A stretch of DNA of 64,000 nucleotides from the NCBI GenBank assembly GCA_965199495.1, contig CBDASK010000003.1:3680001-3744000 (forward strand), written 5' to 3'. Every line of letters starts with the position of its first letter. The stretch's first letter is position 1. Origin of the DNA: Abditibacterium sp. (GTDB taxonomy: Bacteria; Armatimonadota; Abditibacteriia; Abditibacteriales; Abditibacteriaceae). Under the pieces are notes generated by a model. That model was not told where the DNA came from, searched no databases, and saw only the letters and a list, made by a program, of their open reading frames with translations. Below, one piece after another: positions 1-10,608 of the stretch. The position numbers were made by a program, and so were the translations under genes.

Positions 1-1050
1 GTCGTGACGCGGCGCGGCGGTTTGCATCCAATACAGAAAACTCAGCGAAAGTTGCTTGGCGGCTTGCAAATGTTGCGCGGCTTCCTCGTCCGAAACGCCG
101 ACTAAAGTGCCCAGCCAATAATCAATTTGCGGCCAGTTCACGAGGGTAATCGAAGCGAAATCGCCCTCGAAATTGTCGGGGCCGAGAATGCGGCGATAAT
201 TCCACAGCGCTTCCCAATGGTCGCGGCCTTCAATCGGGAACAGCGAGCGTTCGCGCACTTCGAGCGTAATTGGGTGCGTTTGTTTCCAGCCCAAATTATG
301 ATCGGGCCAGAAATTCGCCCGATAATCGCGCCAAAAATCGTAGTCGGCGGGTTTTTCGATGACGTGATTTTCGCCGGGATGATGCGATACGGCGAAACAC
401 ACCGAAATGGATTGCTGATTCATTAGTTGCGCTTCGTCGGGCGCGTGCGGCTCGCCGGTTTGCGCGCGCGATTCGGCGCCCATTACAAATTCGACATCGG
501 CGAGCGGCAGCACGTCGCCCAATTCGGTCGCGTCGAGAAAATAGGGCGCGAGCAAAACCGTTTCTTCGCCATCGCGCGCGCTTTTGACGGTGACCGATGT
601 AACGTTATCGCCCTCGGTTTGCGCGCTGATGGGCGCGTGTTCGAGCAAAATCGTCAGACGGCCCATCGCCAAATAAGGTTGCAGATGCGCGTTCATCACG
701 GCCAGAGCGACGCGTGGTTCGTGGCACAAACGCGAAACCCAACCGCCGCCGGGATTGAGTTGCGCATCGGCGCGCGCCGTGGCTGTGAGCGGGTAATAAT
801 CGCGATAGAACTGGCGCACGTCTTCGCGAAAGCGGCGATAAGACGCGGTGCAACCGAAGTGTTCGATCCACGGGCTTTCGTCGGGCGGCACGGCCTGCGC
901 GGTAAATTGACCGCCGATCCAATCGGTTTCTTCGGCGAGAATCACGGTTACGCCCGCGCGCAGTGCCGCCAACGCAGCAGCCACGCCGCCCACGCCGCCG
1001 CCGATTATCGCGATGTCGGCGCGCAGTTCTTTCGGATTAGTTCGCATCAT
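1..1050 (-). CDS. FAD-dependent oxidoreductase, 3' end runs off the left edge
   Basis: Not in the ORF track. Manual translation from ATG at 1050 gives MMRTNPKELRADIAIIGGGVGGVAAALAA...EETDWIGGQ (Rossmann GxGxxG) and later FLDATELGD; the frame is open to position 1. Confidence 0.85.
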   Translation of the reverse strand, partial: MMRTNPKELRADIAIIGGGVGGVAAALAALRAGVTVILAEETDWIGGQFTAQAVPPDESPWIEHFGCTASYRRFREDVRQFYRDYYPLTATARADAQLNPGGGWVSRLCHEPRVALAVMNAHLQPYLAMGRLTILLEHAPISAQTEGDNVTSVTVKSARDGEETVLLAPYFLDATELGDVLPLADVEFVMGAESRAQTGEPHAPDEAQLMNQQSISVCFAVSHHPGENHVIEKPADYDFWRDYRANFWPDHNLGWKQTHPITLEVRERSLFPIEGRDHWEALWNYRRILGPDNFEGDFASITLVNWPQIDYWLGTLVGVSDEEAAQHLQAAKQLSLSFLYWMQTAAPRHD

Positions 1051-1095
1051 GCGCCCACAGTTTATAGCGGCGGCAAAATGTCTTGTCAGTGCGTA

Positions 1096-1171
1096 AAAAC
1101 AGAACCCGGAGCGGAAGCGACGCGGCCTATAATATTATAAGCCGCGTCGCTTCCGCTCCGGGTTCTGTTTT
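1096..1171. repeat. Long intergenic palindrome, REP/REPIN-like (family A)
   Basis: aaaacagaacccggagcggaagcgacgcggc ... gccgcgtcgcttccgctccgggttctgtttt; related to 17445-17521. Confidence 0.85.
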
Positions 1172-1214
1172 GGTGCGATTTTTTCTGAATAATCAAGACT
1201 CGATATGGGCCGTT

Positions 1215-2234
1215 CTATCGCAATAGCGGCGCGACTTGCGAACCCAACAGTTCGATTGAACGCAGGAACTGCGCTTGCGTGAGCAACGCCGAATCCATCT
1301 GAAACGTGACGCGCGAGACGCCGCCCAACGCTTCGCTGTGGCGCGCGATTTTGTCGGCGACTTCGGCGGGACTGCCGACCAATAACGCCCCGCGCGGCCC
1401 ACGAACATCGTCGAACTGCGCGCGCGTGACCGGAGGCCAACCGCGCTCGCGGCCAATTTGGGTGAAGGTTTTGGCGTAACCCGGAAAAAAGTCGGCGACC
1501 GCTTGCTCGGTCGTCGGCGCGACGTAGCCCAACGAATGTAAGCCGACTTGGAGCGTTTCGGGTGCGTGACCGGCGCGCGCTCCAGCCTCGCGATAAAGAT
1601 CAATGAGCGGACGGAAACGATGCGTGTGTCCGCCGATAATGGCGACCATGAGCGGCAAACCCAAACGTCCGGCGCGCTCGAACGATTCGGGCGTGCCACC
1701 GACGCCGACCCAGATCGGCAACTGTTTTTGTAGCGGGCGCGGATAGATGCCCTCGCCGTTCAAAGCCGGACGAAAACGGCCCGACCACGTTATGTTTTCG
1801 CTTGCGCGAATGCGCAAAAGTAAGTCGAGTTTTTCCTCGAATAATGCGTCATAATCGCGAAAATCGAGGCCAAACAGCGGGAACGATTCGGAGAACGAAC
1901 CGCGCCCGACCACGATTTCGGCGCGCCCGCCCGAAATCAAATCGAGCGTGGCGAAGTTTTGGAACACGCGCACCGGATCGGCGGCGCTCAAAACGGTGAC
2001 GGCGCTGGCCAAGCGGATATTTTTAGTGCGCGCCGCGCCCGCCGCCAAAATCACGGCGGGCGCCGAATCGAGATATTCGCGCCGGTGATGCTCGCCGATG
2101 CTGAAAATATCCAAACCCGCCGCGTCCGCCACTTCGATGCGCTCGATCAAATCGGCGATGGATTGGCTCGCATCGCTATATCCGCCATGTTCGTCGGGCG
2201 AAACCGCCGCGAAACTGTCAATTCCTATTTCCAT
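1215..2234 (-). CDS. LLM-class (luciferase-like) flavin-dependent oxidoreductase
   Basis: MEIGIDSF...IGEHHR...SAADPVRVFQNFATLDLISGGRAEIVVGRGSF; likely start is the ATG at 2234. Confidence 0.93.
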   Translation of the reverse strand: MEIGIDSFAAVSPDEHGGYSDASQSIADLIERIEVADAAGLDIFSIGEHHRREYLDSAPAVILAAGAARTKNIRLASAVTVLSAADPVRVFQNFATLDLISGGRAEIVVGRGSFSESFPLFGLDFRDYDALFEEKLDLLLRIRASENITWSGRFRPALNGEGIYPRPLQKQLPIWVGVGGTPESFERAGRLGLPLMVAIIGGHTHRFRPLIDLYREAGARAGHAPETLQVGLHSLGYVAPTTEQAVADFFPGYAKTFTQIGRERGWPPVTRAQFDDVRGPRGALLVGSPAEVADKIARHSEALGGVSRVTFQMDSALLTQAQFLRSIELLGSQVAPLLR

Positions 2235-2254
2235 GATGATTCCCTGGGACTTCC

Positions 2255-2349
2255 GTAGAGACGCCGATTTATCGCGTCTAAAACGTGTGTGAACTCGCAT
2301 AACCTGGCGGTGCCCTAACATTTTAGACGCGATAAATTGGCGTCCCTAC
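2255..2349. repeat. Inverted pair of GTAG-type REP elements (family B)
   Basis: GTAGagacgccgatttatcgcgtcta ... tagacgcgataaattggcgtccCTAC. Confidence 0.8.
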
Positions 2350-2354
2350 ATGAT

Positions 2355-2957
2355 TTAACTGACCGTTTTCGCCAGTTCACGCGCCTCACGCTTGGACGCG
2401 TCCAAATCATCCTCGCCCGACAGCGTTTTTTCGTCGTAAATATACGAAATATCGGTGATGCCGATCATGCCAAAGATAACTTTGAAATACGGGTCTTGGA
2501 AATTCGCGTGGTGCATCGGCTGACCCGGCTCGTAGCCACCGCCACCGCGCGCGCACAAAATGAACATCTTTTTGCCAGTCGCCAATCCCTGATAATCTTT
2601 GGTGAAGGTGCGACCGACGCGCACGACATTGTCAATGTAGGCTTTGAGCGTCGAAGGAATCGAAAAATTATACATCGGCGCGCCCAGCACAATGATGTCG
2701 GCGGCCAAAAGTTCGTTCACCAACTCGTCGGAAAACGCGATGGCCTGTTTGTTGATGTCGCTACGTTGGTCGGGTGCGGTGTAAGCGGCGGCAATCCACG
2801 CTTCATCAACGTGCGGAACGGGCGCGTGGCCCAAGTCGCGGTAAGCAACCGTCGCGTCGGGATGAGTTTGCTTGAGCTGGTCAACAAAAGCGTGTGTCAG
2901 GGCGCGCGAGTGGCTGCGCTCGCCGCGCGGAGAAGAGTCGATGTGAAGAATGTTCAT
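2355..2957 (-). CDS. azoR: FMN-dependent NADH azoreductase
   Basis: MNILHIDSSPRGERSHSR...APMYNFSIPSTLKAYID...ARGG, the flavodoxin-2 signature. Confidence 0.92.
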   Translation of the reverse strand: MNILHIDSSPRGERSHSRALTHAFVDQLKQTHPDATVAYRDLGHAPVPHVDEAWIAAAYTAPDQRSDINKQAIAFSDELVNELLAADIIVLGAPMYNFSIPSTLKAYIDNVVRVGRTFTKDYQGLATGKKMFILCARGGGGYEPGQPMHHANFQDPYFKVIFGMIGITDISYIYDEKTLSGEDDLDASKREARELAKTVS

Positions 2958-3050
2958 AGTATATTTTTGCAAATGATTTATTTGCTTGGGCAAATAATGC
3001 AACGGGTAGGAGTTGTCGCGCGTTCCTTAAAAGAGAAAGTCTTTTGAAGG

Positions 3051-3602
3051 ATGACTATGAAAACGGAAAATATACAAATCGGTTGCGGTGAAGCAAAGAG
3101 CGGCTGTGCCAACGAAGGTAGCGAGCCTGCGGGCAGCGGGCTGACGCACGCGCGTCACATGGCGTGGGGTGCGTTGTTACGTGGGCACGCGGTTTTGGTC
3201 GAGCGCGTCGGGCGCGAGGTGAGCGCGTCGGGTGGCGTTTCGTTAGACAGTTACGACGTGATGTTGGCGCTCTCGAACGCGCCCGATGGGCGTTTGAAAA
3301 TGGGCGAATTGGCGTGTCATGTGGTTTTGTCGCGCAGTGGTTTGACGCGTTTGATGGATAGAATGGAAGTCGCCGGTTGGGTGGCGCGCGAACTCGCGGC
3401 CAACGACCGGCGCTCGTTTGAGGCGTATTTGACGCTCGCAGGCGAAGCGGCTTTTCGGGCGACGTGGCCGCTTTATGCGCGCGCCCTCGCCAAAGTTCTG
3501 GCGCCGATTTCGGACGCCGAAGCGCAACAATTGGCCGATTTGCTCGACCGCACGCGCAATGAGGCGACCGGCCAGAGCGGCGGTTGCGACGACGGCAATT
3601 AA
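3051..3602 (+). CDS. MarR-family transcriptional regulator, divergent from azoR
   Basis: YDVMLAL...LKMGELA...LSRSGLTRLMDRME..GWV.R....DRR winged-helix pattern. Confidence 0.9.
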   Translation: MTMKTENIQIGCGEAKSGCANEGSEPAGSGLTHARHMAWGALLRGHAVLVERVGREVSASGGVSLDSYDVMLALSNAPDGRLKMGELACHVVLSRSGLTRLMDRMEVAGWVARELAANDRRSFEAYLTLAGEAAFRATWPLYARALAKVLAPISDAEAQQLADLLDRTRNEATGQSGGCDDGN

Positions 3603-3655
3603 CTTAGTGCAAGCCCCAAGAGATATTGTGCAATCCCGGCAGGTCTGAGATTTTG

Positions 3656-3728
3656 CGGGGCTGACGCCCTCTTCCAATCGGTGGTCTTTCGAGGAACGCA
3701 GCCGATTGGAAGAGGGCGTCAGTTCCGC
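3656..3728. repeat. Palindromic element (family C)
   Basis: gcgggctgacgccctcttccaatcgg ... ccgattggaagagggcgtcagttccgc; similar to elements at 11809 and 48171. Confidence 0.75.
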
Positions 3729-3780
3729 AAAACGTGACAGTTGCTTTATCACACAATAACTCCTGAGAGATAACATTACC

Positions 3781-4386
3781 ATGAAAATTCTCGGATTGAC
3801 TGGCGATATCGCCTGTGGCAAATCAACCGTCGCACGGTTATTGGTTGAGCGCGGCGCCGCTCATCTCGACGCCGATTTGCAGGTGCGGCAGCTCTACGAA
3901 AATCCCGATTTTGCCGCGCAGTTGGCGGTGCGTTTCGGCGATATTTTATCTGAAAGCGGCGGCGTTGATCGCGCGAAATTAGCGGCGCTGGTTTTCGATA
4001 ATCCGGCGCGTTTGCGCGAACTGGAAAGTTTGGTTCATCCCGCCGTGGCTGCATTGCGGCAACGGCAAATTGCCGAGTTAAAAGCGCGAGGTTGCGAAGT
4101 AGTCGTCGTCGAAGCGGTCAAATTGTTGGAAAGCGGGCAGGGCGCGGGTTGCGACGAGATTTGGTGCGTTATTGCCGCGCCCGTTGTGCAATTGCGTCGT
4201 TTAATCGAGAATCGCAACTTAACGAACGAACAGGCGCGCGCGCGTTTGGCGAATCAGCCGTCGCGCGCCGATAAGACGCGTTTGGCGGGCGAGGTGCCGT
4301 TGGTTTGGGTAGATAACAGCGATTCGCCCGCCGAATTGGAGCGAGTTGTGACGCAGCAATGGAAGCGATTTCGGCAAACGTTTTAA
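3781..4386 (+). CDS. coaE: Dephospho-CoA kinase
   Basis: ILGLTGDIACGKSTV P-loop; DAD; DRAKLAALVF; LESLVHPAV. Confidence 0.95.
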   Translation: MKILGLTGDIACGKSTVARLLVERGAAHLDADLQVRQLYENPDFAAQLAVRFGDILSESGGVDRAKLAALVFDNPARLRELESLVHPAVAALRQRQIAELKARGCEVVVVEAVKLLESGQGAGCDEIWCVIAAPVVQLRRLIENRNLTNEQARARLANQPSRADKTRLAGEVPLVWVDNSDSPAELERVVTQQWKRFRQTF

Positions 4387-4398
4387 ACTGATTGCCCC

Positions 4399-5442
4399 TT
4401 GCTTAATCCCGCTCCCAACGTGCCTTTATCGGACTCGCACTCTGCCGAGAAAACAGAAAATCATAACGGTTCGCGCGCCGATTTGACGCCCATCGCGGAA
4501 CTGTCGTCGCCGCAGTTGGCGGCGCTCTTGCAAAAGTTGGCCGATAACATCGAAACCGTCATCGTTGGTAAGCGCGAGCTGATCGAATCGTGTTTGATTG
4601 GCCTCATGGCGGGCGGGCACATTTTGCTCGAAGATGTGCCGGGCGTGGGCAAAACGATGTTGGCGCGCAGCGTGGCGCGCACATTGGGCGCCGGATATAA
4701 ACGCATTCAGTTCACGCCCGATTTATTGCCTTCGGACGTGACGGGAACCGTGGTTTTCGATCCCAACGACCGAGAATTCTCGTTTCGCGAAGGCCCGATT
4801 TTCTCGCACGTCGTGCTGGCCGACGAAATCAATCGCGCCAGCCCCAAAACGCAGTCGGCGTTGCTCGAATGTATGGAAGAACATCAGGTGACGGTTGATC
4901 TGAAAACGCGGTCTTTGCCCGATCCGTTTTTCGTGATCGCCACGCAAAATCCCGTCGAAAGCGAGGGCGTTTATCCTTTGCCCGATTCGCAGCTCGACCG
5001 TTTCGCGATGCGATTATCGGTCGGTTATCCGCATCCCGACGCCGAAAAATTGTTGATGAAAGAGCAGCGCATTCAACATCCGATTGAAACGCTGGAGAGC
5101 GTGACCAGCATCGGCGAAGTGCGTGCGGCGCAAGCAGCCACGCGCCGCGTGGCGATTGCCGAAACGATTTACGATTATATCTTGCGCCTGGCCAATGCCA
5201 CGCGCACTCATCCGCGTTTGATGCTGGGACTTTCGCCGCGCGGCGCCCTGACTTTGGCGCGTTGCGCGCAGGGCCACGCGGCTCTGCGCGGGCGCGATTT
5301 CGTTTCGCCCGACGACGTGAAAATCGTGGCGAGCGCCGTGATGGCACACCGTCTCATCGCATTTCCCGAAGCGCGTTATGGGCGCGGCGTCGAAGAGATC
5401 GTCGAAGAATTACTGGCAAGCGTGCCGTTGGAATCAAAGTAG
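4399..5442 (+). CDS. MoxR-family AAA+ ATPase
   Basis: GHILLEDVPGVGKT, RIQFTPDLLPSD, LADEINRASPKTQSALLE, ATQNP, LPDSQLDRF. Confidence 0.95.
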   Translation: MLNPAPNVPLSDSHSAEKTENHNGSRADLTPIAELSSPQLAALLQKLADNIETVIVGKRELIESCLIGLMAGGHILLEDVPGVGKTMLARSVARTLGAGYKRIQFTPDLLPSDVTGTVVFDPNDREFSFREGPIFSHVVLADEINRASPKTQSALLECMEEHQVTVDLKTRSLPDPFFVIATQNPVESEGVYPLPDSQLDRFAMRLSVGYPHPDAEKLLMKEQRIQHPIETLESVTSIGEVRAAQAATRRVAIAETIYDYILRLANATRTHPRLMLGLSPRGALTLARCAQGHAALRGRDFVSPDDVKIVASAVMAHRLIAFPEARYGRGVEEIVEELLASVPLESK

Positions 5443-5446
5443 TTTG

Positions 5447-5656
5447 GGATAGCGGATGTCGGATTTCGGCGCGCGTTGTGTCATTTCGAGTGAGGCACGA
5501 ACCGAGAAATCTTGCGGCCCCGCGCCAGCGGAACTGATGCGTAAACCTGAAACTAAAAGTCGCTATCATCTGCGCTGCCGCGCGGGCGACAGATTTCTCG
5601 GTTCGTGCCTCACTCGAAATGACACAACGCGCGCCGAAATCCGACATCCGCTATCC
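5447..5656. repeat. Palindromic element with perfect 66-bp arms (family D), between convergent genes
   Basis: 5447-5512 is the exact reverse complement of 5591-5656; core gtcatttcgagtgaggcacgaaccgagaaatct. Confidence 0.92.
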
Positions 5657-5662
5657 GACATC

Positions 5663-7321
5663 CTATCGCACCAGACGGATTTGGCCCGGTTTGCCCGGCC
5701 CGTTGCCGGTGTAGGACATATCCCAGACCGAGGTGTCCTGAAGGCCAGCCACATACTCGGCATACCAAGTGCCCGACTCGGCCAGGTTGCGATACGAATC
5801 GGGGATGCGCAGAGTATCGGTGGTGAAGGCGCCGTCCGTTGTCAACGTGCCGGGCCACGATTTGCCGGGGAGTTTGTCGCAGGTATAGGTGATGCTTTTC
5901 GAGTTGATGTCCGTGTCGAACTTGCGGATAATCAGGTCGCTACCGCCCGCTTGCGGCGGAACTTTACCCAGCGTCATTTTGATGGTGCCGCTAATGTTGA
6001 AGTTGATCGGCAAATGTCCCTCCGCCTGAATGCTGGTGCCGTTATTAGGATTGAAATCGGGCGCGGGATTGACTGTCGGAATTTGCCGGGTTCCGTAAAT
6101 GGGGGCGCCATCTGTATAACCAGTCAACTTGCCCTTTTTATTGTAGACGGGTATCTGCTGATAGCCAATAATATATTGCTCAGATGTATAGGTCGTGGTT
6201 TCCTCACGTACAGGGCCAGCGCGCAGGTCAAAGCCGTTTTCGCTCGAACCGCCGGTGCTTGTCACGTTCAGCCGGAAGTTGCCGCCCACGTAATCGCTGC
6301 GGTTAAAGCGAAACGCGTCAATCCATTGCATATCGGTCGTCGAATCGTAGCCCCAGCTATGCGTGCCGATTAAAACATCATCGGATGGCGTGCTGGTGCC
6401 GTGATCCCAGTAGAGCGAATATTTCGTTGTCGTGGCATCGCGCGTGCCGTTTTGGCCGGTGCCTGTTTGCGTGCGGAACTCATCAATGGCACCAGCGGTA
6501 ATGCTCGCGTCCACGATGCCGTTCTTGTTATAGCAATCGGGATCGAAAATTTCGACCGATGTATTTCCTTGAGTCGCGGGCACATTGACGAGAAAATCAT
6601 AACCTTTGGGATTATAGTTGGGGTTGGGAGTTTTGCCATCGTTGAGATACATCGTCGAATAACAGTCTCCGTAGGAATATCTTCCATTGGGGCCGAACAC
6701 CGACAGGTTGACCGGCCCTGGAGCCACGCCGTAGGTGCCCTGACCTTTGATTTCGAGCGGCGCGAGGGTGTCATACAGCGCGGTGGCTGATGCGCTCACG
6801 CCCAACTCTTTGCGGTTGAGCGGCCACATTCCGCTAAACAGCGCGGGTTCGGGACGGCTGAGAGTGACTTTGAACCAGTTGTTGTGCTGTAAGCCCATTT
6901 CGTCAGTGGCCGGATAAGTCACGATGAACTTGGAATTGCCGACGTTGGCCACATAGTTGGAATTGAACCCGCCGGGCAATTTTTTGACATCGGTAAACCC
7001 GCCATTTTCCGGTCGCTCCGCCATTTTTCCGGCGGAAATGTACGCGTCGTAAGAGGTTCCAAAGTTCGCCAGCGTATAGGCGCCCGCCAGCGCCGCCGAA
7101 TCGGCGGCGCGCTGCATCGAGGCTTTGCGTTGGTAGAGCATGCCCACATCAACCACAACGGCAGAAACCATCAAGGCCACCGTCAAACCCAGAGCCGTGT
7201 AGACGAAGGCGACACCACGTCTACGGCGCGCGTGGCGGGGCGAGTGGCGCGTTAGGGGAGTTCCACGCGAAGAAAAATTATTGTCTGACATCTGGAATTT
7301 GGAATCGTTGAAAAAGGGCAT
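5663..7321 (-). CDS. TadG-like Flp pilus protein: N-terminal Tad domain plus large extracellular region
   Basis: RRRRGVAFVYTAL...VDVGMLYQRKASMQRAADSAALAGA is the Tad/TadG N-terminal motif. Confidence 0.8.
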   Translation of the reverse strand: MPFFNDSKFQMSDNNFSSRGTPLTRHSPRHARRRRGVAFVYTALGLTVALMVSAVVVDVGMLYQRKASMQRAADSAALAGAYTLANFGTSYDAYISAGKMAERPENGGFTDVKKLPGGFNSNYVANVGNSKFIVTYPATDEMGLQHNNWFKVTLSRPEPALFSGMWPLNRKELGVSASATALYDTLAPLEIKGQGTYGVAPGPVNLSVFGPNGRYSYGDCYSTMYLNDGKTPNPNYNPKGYDFLVNVPATQGNTSVEIFDPDCYNKNGIVDASITAGAIDEFRTQTGTGQNGTRDATTTKYSLYWDHGTSTPSDDVLIGTHSWGYDSTTDMQWIDAFRFNRSDYVGGNFRLNVTSTGGSSENGFDLRAGPVREETTTYTSEQYIIGYQQIPVYNKKGKLTGYTDGAPIYGTRQIPTVNPAPDFNPNNGTSIQAEGHLPINFNISGTIKMTLGKVPPQAGGSDLIIRKFDTDINSKSITYTCDKLPGKSWPGTLTTDGAFTTDTLRIPDSYRNLAESGTWYAEYVAGLQDTSVWDMSYTGNGPGKPGQIRLVR

Positions 7322-7358
7322 GAGCGTAAAATGAGTGGAAAAATGAAACGAAAATTAA

Positions 7359-7952
7359 CTATTCCAACAAAGTTGTCGAAGCCTCAACCCAGTTGCTTTT
7401 TAGAAAACCGAGTTGGAGAGGAGATAATTTTTTGCCGTCGTCGCTCTTGAAAAACAGCGCGCCCAGAAATGAACGTTGGCGCATCGGGTAGGTGATGGTA
7501 ACCGTCAAAGGCTGTCCACTGACGCGCCCAATGGCGTCCGGGGTAATCACAATGCTACCTCCGATTTCTCCCGGATCGGACGGCGTCTTTTTGTTAATGC
7601 GTCCACCATTGATGTCAGTCCACGGAATGCCATTGGCCGCCGCCTGACTCCGCATAAAGTTGAGCATACTGCGCGGTTGTCCCGCCGTATTGCCCTGATT
7701 CACGTCATCGTCGAAGTTATCATCATGATAATGCACCGCAGCCCAACGCGCGCTTTCTCTGGCGACCTGTTGCAGCGAATGCGAGGTGATGAACACCATC
7801 GCCAGTTGGAAGGCGCCCAGTGTGACCGGCAGCAAAACGAAAGTCATGCACAGCGCCGTCTCGATCATCGTGGTGCCGCGCCGTCGCCCGCCCGCAAAAC
7901 GGCGACGGCGCGGATGGCGTTTATTCTGGAAAAGTGCGGAAAAAGAAAGCAT
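7359..7952 (-). CDS. TadE-like minor pilin
   Basis: RRRGTTMIETAL prepilin site with Glu+5, hydrophobic helix, LQQVARESARWAAV. Confidence 0.85.
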   Translation of the reverse strand: MLSFSALFQNKRHPRRRRFAGGRRRGTTMIETALCMTFVLLPVTLGAFQLAMVFITSHSLQQVARESARWAAVHYHDDNFDDDVNQGNTAGQPRSMLNFMRSQAAANGIPWTDINGGRINKKTPSDPGEIGGSIVITPDAIGRVSGQPLTVTITYPMRQRSFLGALFFKSDDGKKLSPLQLGFLKSNWVEASTTLLE

Positions 7953-7998
7953 GGAGAACTCCCGTAAGAGGAAACAGAAAACGTCGGATGCAACGGCC

Positions 7999-8583
7999 TT
8001 ACTGCATGATGAAAGTCGAGGAAACGGTGTAATCTTTGGACAAAACCGACAGACTCAATGGCGTATCCGGCTTCACCGAATTGTTGATGCGACCGTCCGC
8101 CGCATCGCCGGGCGTCGTTTCTTTCCAAAATCCCAATTGCCCGATAATCGAACGCTTCTTCATCGGGTAGGTGATAGAAACCGTGATCGGTTGGCCGCTG
8201 ATGCGAGAGGGCGAAACCAAAATATTACCTTTGATGTCATTCCACGGAATCTTGTTGGCCTGAGCGACATCTTTCAGGTAATTTTTCAGGCTGGGGTCTT
8301 GGCCATTCCCATCGCCCTGCGTATCCGCACCATCGAAAGTTGCTTCGCCATAATGCAAGGCGGCGAATCGTCCGGCCTCGCGCGAAACTTCCTGCAACGC
8401 GTGCGTCGTCGTCAAAACCAAACCGAACTGCATACCGCCCAACGCGAGTGGCAACAACACGAAAGCCAGACAAAGCGCGGTCTCGACCAAAGTAGAGCCA
8501 CCGCGCCGTCCACGTTGACGCGAGCGCACAAGCAAACCGGAAAATCGATTTGGCGGGGCGAAGGGAAATTGCGAGATTTTCAT
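7999..8583 (-). CDS. TadE-like minor pilin, paralog of the neighbouring gene
   Basis: RRGGSTLVETAL...LQEVSREAGRFAAL; the start at 8583 is my estimate. Confidence 0.85.
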   Translation of the reverse strand: MKISQFPFAPPNRFSGLLVRSRQRGRRGGSTLVETALCLAFVLLPLALGGMQFGLVLTTTHALQEVSREAGRFAALHYGEATFDGADTQGDGNGQDPSLKNYLKDVAQANKIPWNDIKGNILVSPSRISGQPITVSITYPMKKRSIIGQLGFWKETTPGDAADGRINNSVKPDTPLSLSVLSKDYTVSSTFIMQ

Positions 8584-8818
8584 GTTTTTCGTCGAATTGG
8601 TCGTTGGAAAAAACTTGGTTTTCTCCTTGAATATGCGACAAATTGGCCAATACCAAAACAGCTTATGCCACATCAAACGGCGAAGTTGAGATGAACGTGA
8701 GGGGAGCAAATGTGAACAAAAGAACTTCTTTTGAATTACTTCTCATTTGTAAGAGAAGAGTGAATTCACAGAAAAGCTCACTCTGCGGTAGCGCGAGGTT
8801 TATACTTTTCTCTTCCTC

Positions 8819-10549
8819 ATGAATTCTTCAGAGAACAATACGAACACTCCGGCGCATCGCCAATATTCGGCGATTGTCGTTGACGGCGCCGACCGCGCGG
8901 CTTCGCGCGCCATGTATCACGCCTTGGGCTGGACAGCCGCCGATTTTCAAAAGTCGCAAGTCGGCATCGCCTCGACCTGGAACATGGTCACGCCGTGCAA
9001 TATGCACATAGATAAATTGGCGATTCAAGCCGAGCAGGGCGTCAACGAGGCGGGCGGCAAAGCGATGATTTTCAATACCATCGGCATTTCCGACGGTATT
9101 TCGATGGGCACCGAAGGCATGAAGTATTCCCTCGTTTCGCGCGAAATCATCGCCGATTCCATCGAGGCCGTGGCTGGTTGCGAGGGCATGGACGGCCTCG
9201 TCGCTATCGGCGGCTGCGACAAAAATATGCCCGGCTGTTTGATTGCCCTTGCGCGTCTCAATCGTCCGGCGGTTTTCGTTTATGGCGGCTCGATTTTGCC
9301 CGGTTGCTTAACCGGCGCTGGTTGCGATTTGGACGATCCGACGCAACCCAAGCTCGACATCGTTTCGGTGTTCGAGGCCGTAGGTAGCCACGCCGCCGGG
9401 AAGGTCTCGGATGCGCAACTTCAAGAAGTCGAGCGTCACGCGATTCCCGGCCCCGGCAGTTGCGGCGGCATGTATACCGCCAACACGATGGCGAGCGCCA
9501 TCGAAGCGATGGGCATGAGTTTGCCCGGTTCGAGCGGCCAAATCGCGGTTTCGCCCGCCAAAAAGGTGGACTGCGTGGACGCCGGTCACGCCGTGATGAA
9601 TCTGATCCACAACAGCATTCGCCCGCGCGACATCATGACGCGCCAAGCGTTCGAGAACGCGATTACGGTCGTTATCGCGCTGGGCGGCAGCACAAATGCC
9701 GTGTTGCATTTGTTGGGCATGGCGCACGCCGCCGAAGTCGAATTAAATATTGACGATTTTACCGAAATCGGCAAGCGTGTGCCGGTTCTGGCCGATTTGA
9801 AGCCGTCGGGCAAATATTCGATGGCCGAACTTTCGCGCATCGGCGGCATTCAACCGTTGATGAAACGCTTATTGGCCGCCGGACTTTTGCATGGCGATTG
9901 CCTGACGGTGACCGGCAAAACCGTCGCGCAGAATTTGGCCGAAGTCGAAGATTATCCCGAAAAACAGACGATCATCCGCGATATGAGCGACCCGATTAAA
10001 GCCGATTCACACTTGGTGATTTTCTATGGCAACTTGGCGCCGACGGGCGCGGTTGGCAAAATTTCGGGCAAAGAAGGCACGAGTTTTACCGGCAACGCGC
10101 GCGTTTTCGAGGGCGAAGAACACTGTTTAACCGCGATTTTGGACGGGACAGTTGTCGCGGGCGATGTTTTGGTGATTCGCAGCGAAGGCCCCAAAGGCGG
10201 GCCGGGCATGCGCGAAATGTTGTCGCCGACATCGGCGATTATGGGCAAAGGTTTGGGCAAGGAAGTCGCGCTGATTACCGATGGCCGGTTTAGCGGTGGC
10301 TCGCACGGTTTCGTCGTCGGTCACATCACGCCCGAAGCGTTCGAGGGTGGCCCCATTGCACTCGTTCGAGACGGCGACCAAATCACGATTGACGCCAACA
10401 AACGCGAAATCACGTTGGATATTTCCGACGCCGAAATGAACGAACGCCGTTTGGCGTGGCAACCGATGCAGCCACGTTACAAGCGCGGCGTGCTGGCAAA
10501 ATACGCGTCGCAAGTTTCGAGCGCCTCGACGGGCGCGGTCACCGATTAA
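8819..10549 (+). CDS. ilvD: Dihydroxy-acid dehydratase
   Basis: [55 protein letters not shown]. Confidence 0.98.
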   Translation: MNSSENNTNTPAHRQYSAIVVDGADRAASRAMYHALGWTAADFQKSQVGIASTWNMVTPCNMHIDKLAIQAEQGVNEAGGKAMIFNTIGISDGISMGTEGMKYSLVSREIIADSIEAVAGCEGMDGLVAIGGCDKNMPGCLIALARLNRPAVFVYGGSILPGCLTGAGCDLDDPTQPKLDIVSVFEAVGSHAAGKVSDAQLQEVERHAIPGPGSCGGMYTANTMASAIEAMGMSLPGSSGQIAVSPAKKVDCVDAGHAVMNLIHNSIRPRDIMTRQAFENAITVVIALGGSTNAVLHLLGMAHAAEVELNIDDFTEIGKRVPVLADLKPSGKYSMAELSRIGGIQPLMKRLLAAGLLHGDCLTVTGKTVAQNLAEVEDYPEKQTIIRDMSDPIKADSHLVIFYGNLAPTGAVGKISGKEGTSFTGNARVFEGEEHCLTAILDGTVVAGDVLVIRSEGPKGGPGMREMLSPTSAIMGKGLGKEVALITDGRFSGGSHGFVVGHITPEAFEGGPIALVRDGDQITIDANKREITLDISDAEMNERRLAWQPMQPRYKRGVLAKYASQVSSASTGAVTD

Positions 10550-10608
10550 TTCTGGCAAAAGAAAAGGCGCCCCCAACGCGAACTGCCTCTTCTTGTTTTG
10601 CCTGTCGG

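Noticed and set aside
127..1140. Plus-strand ORFs 127-426 and 427-1140
   Set aside because: They are shadows of the minus-strand FAD oxidoreductase that runs off the window.
5354..6373. Two ORFs with identical N-termini (MSDFGARCVISSEARTEKS) on opposite strands
   Set aside because: Artefact of the perfect 66-bp palindrome; the longer ORF is antisense to the TadG-like gene.
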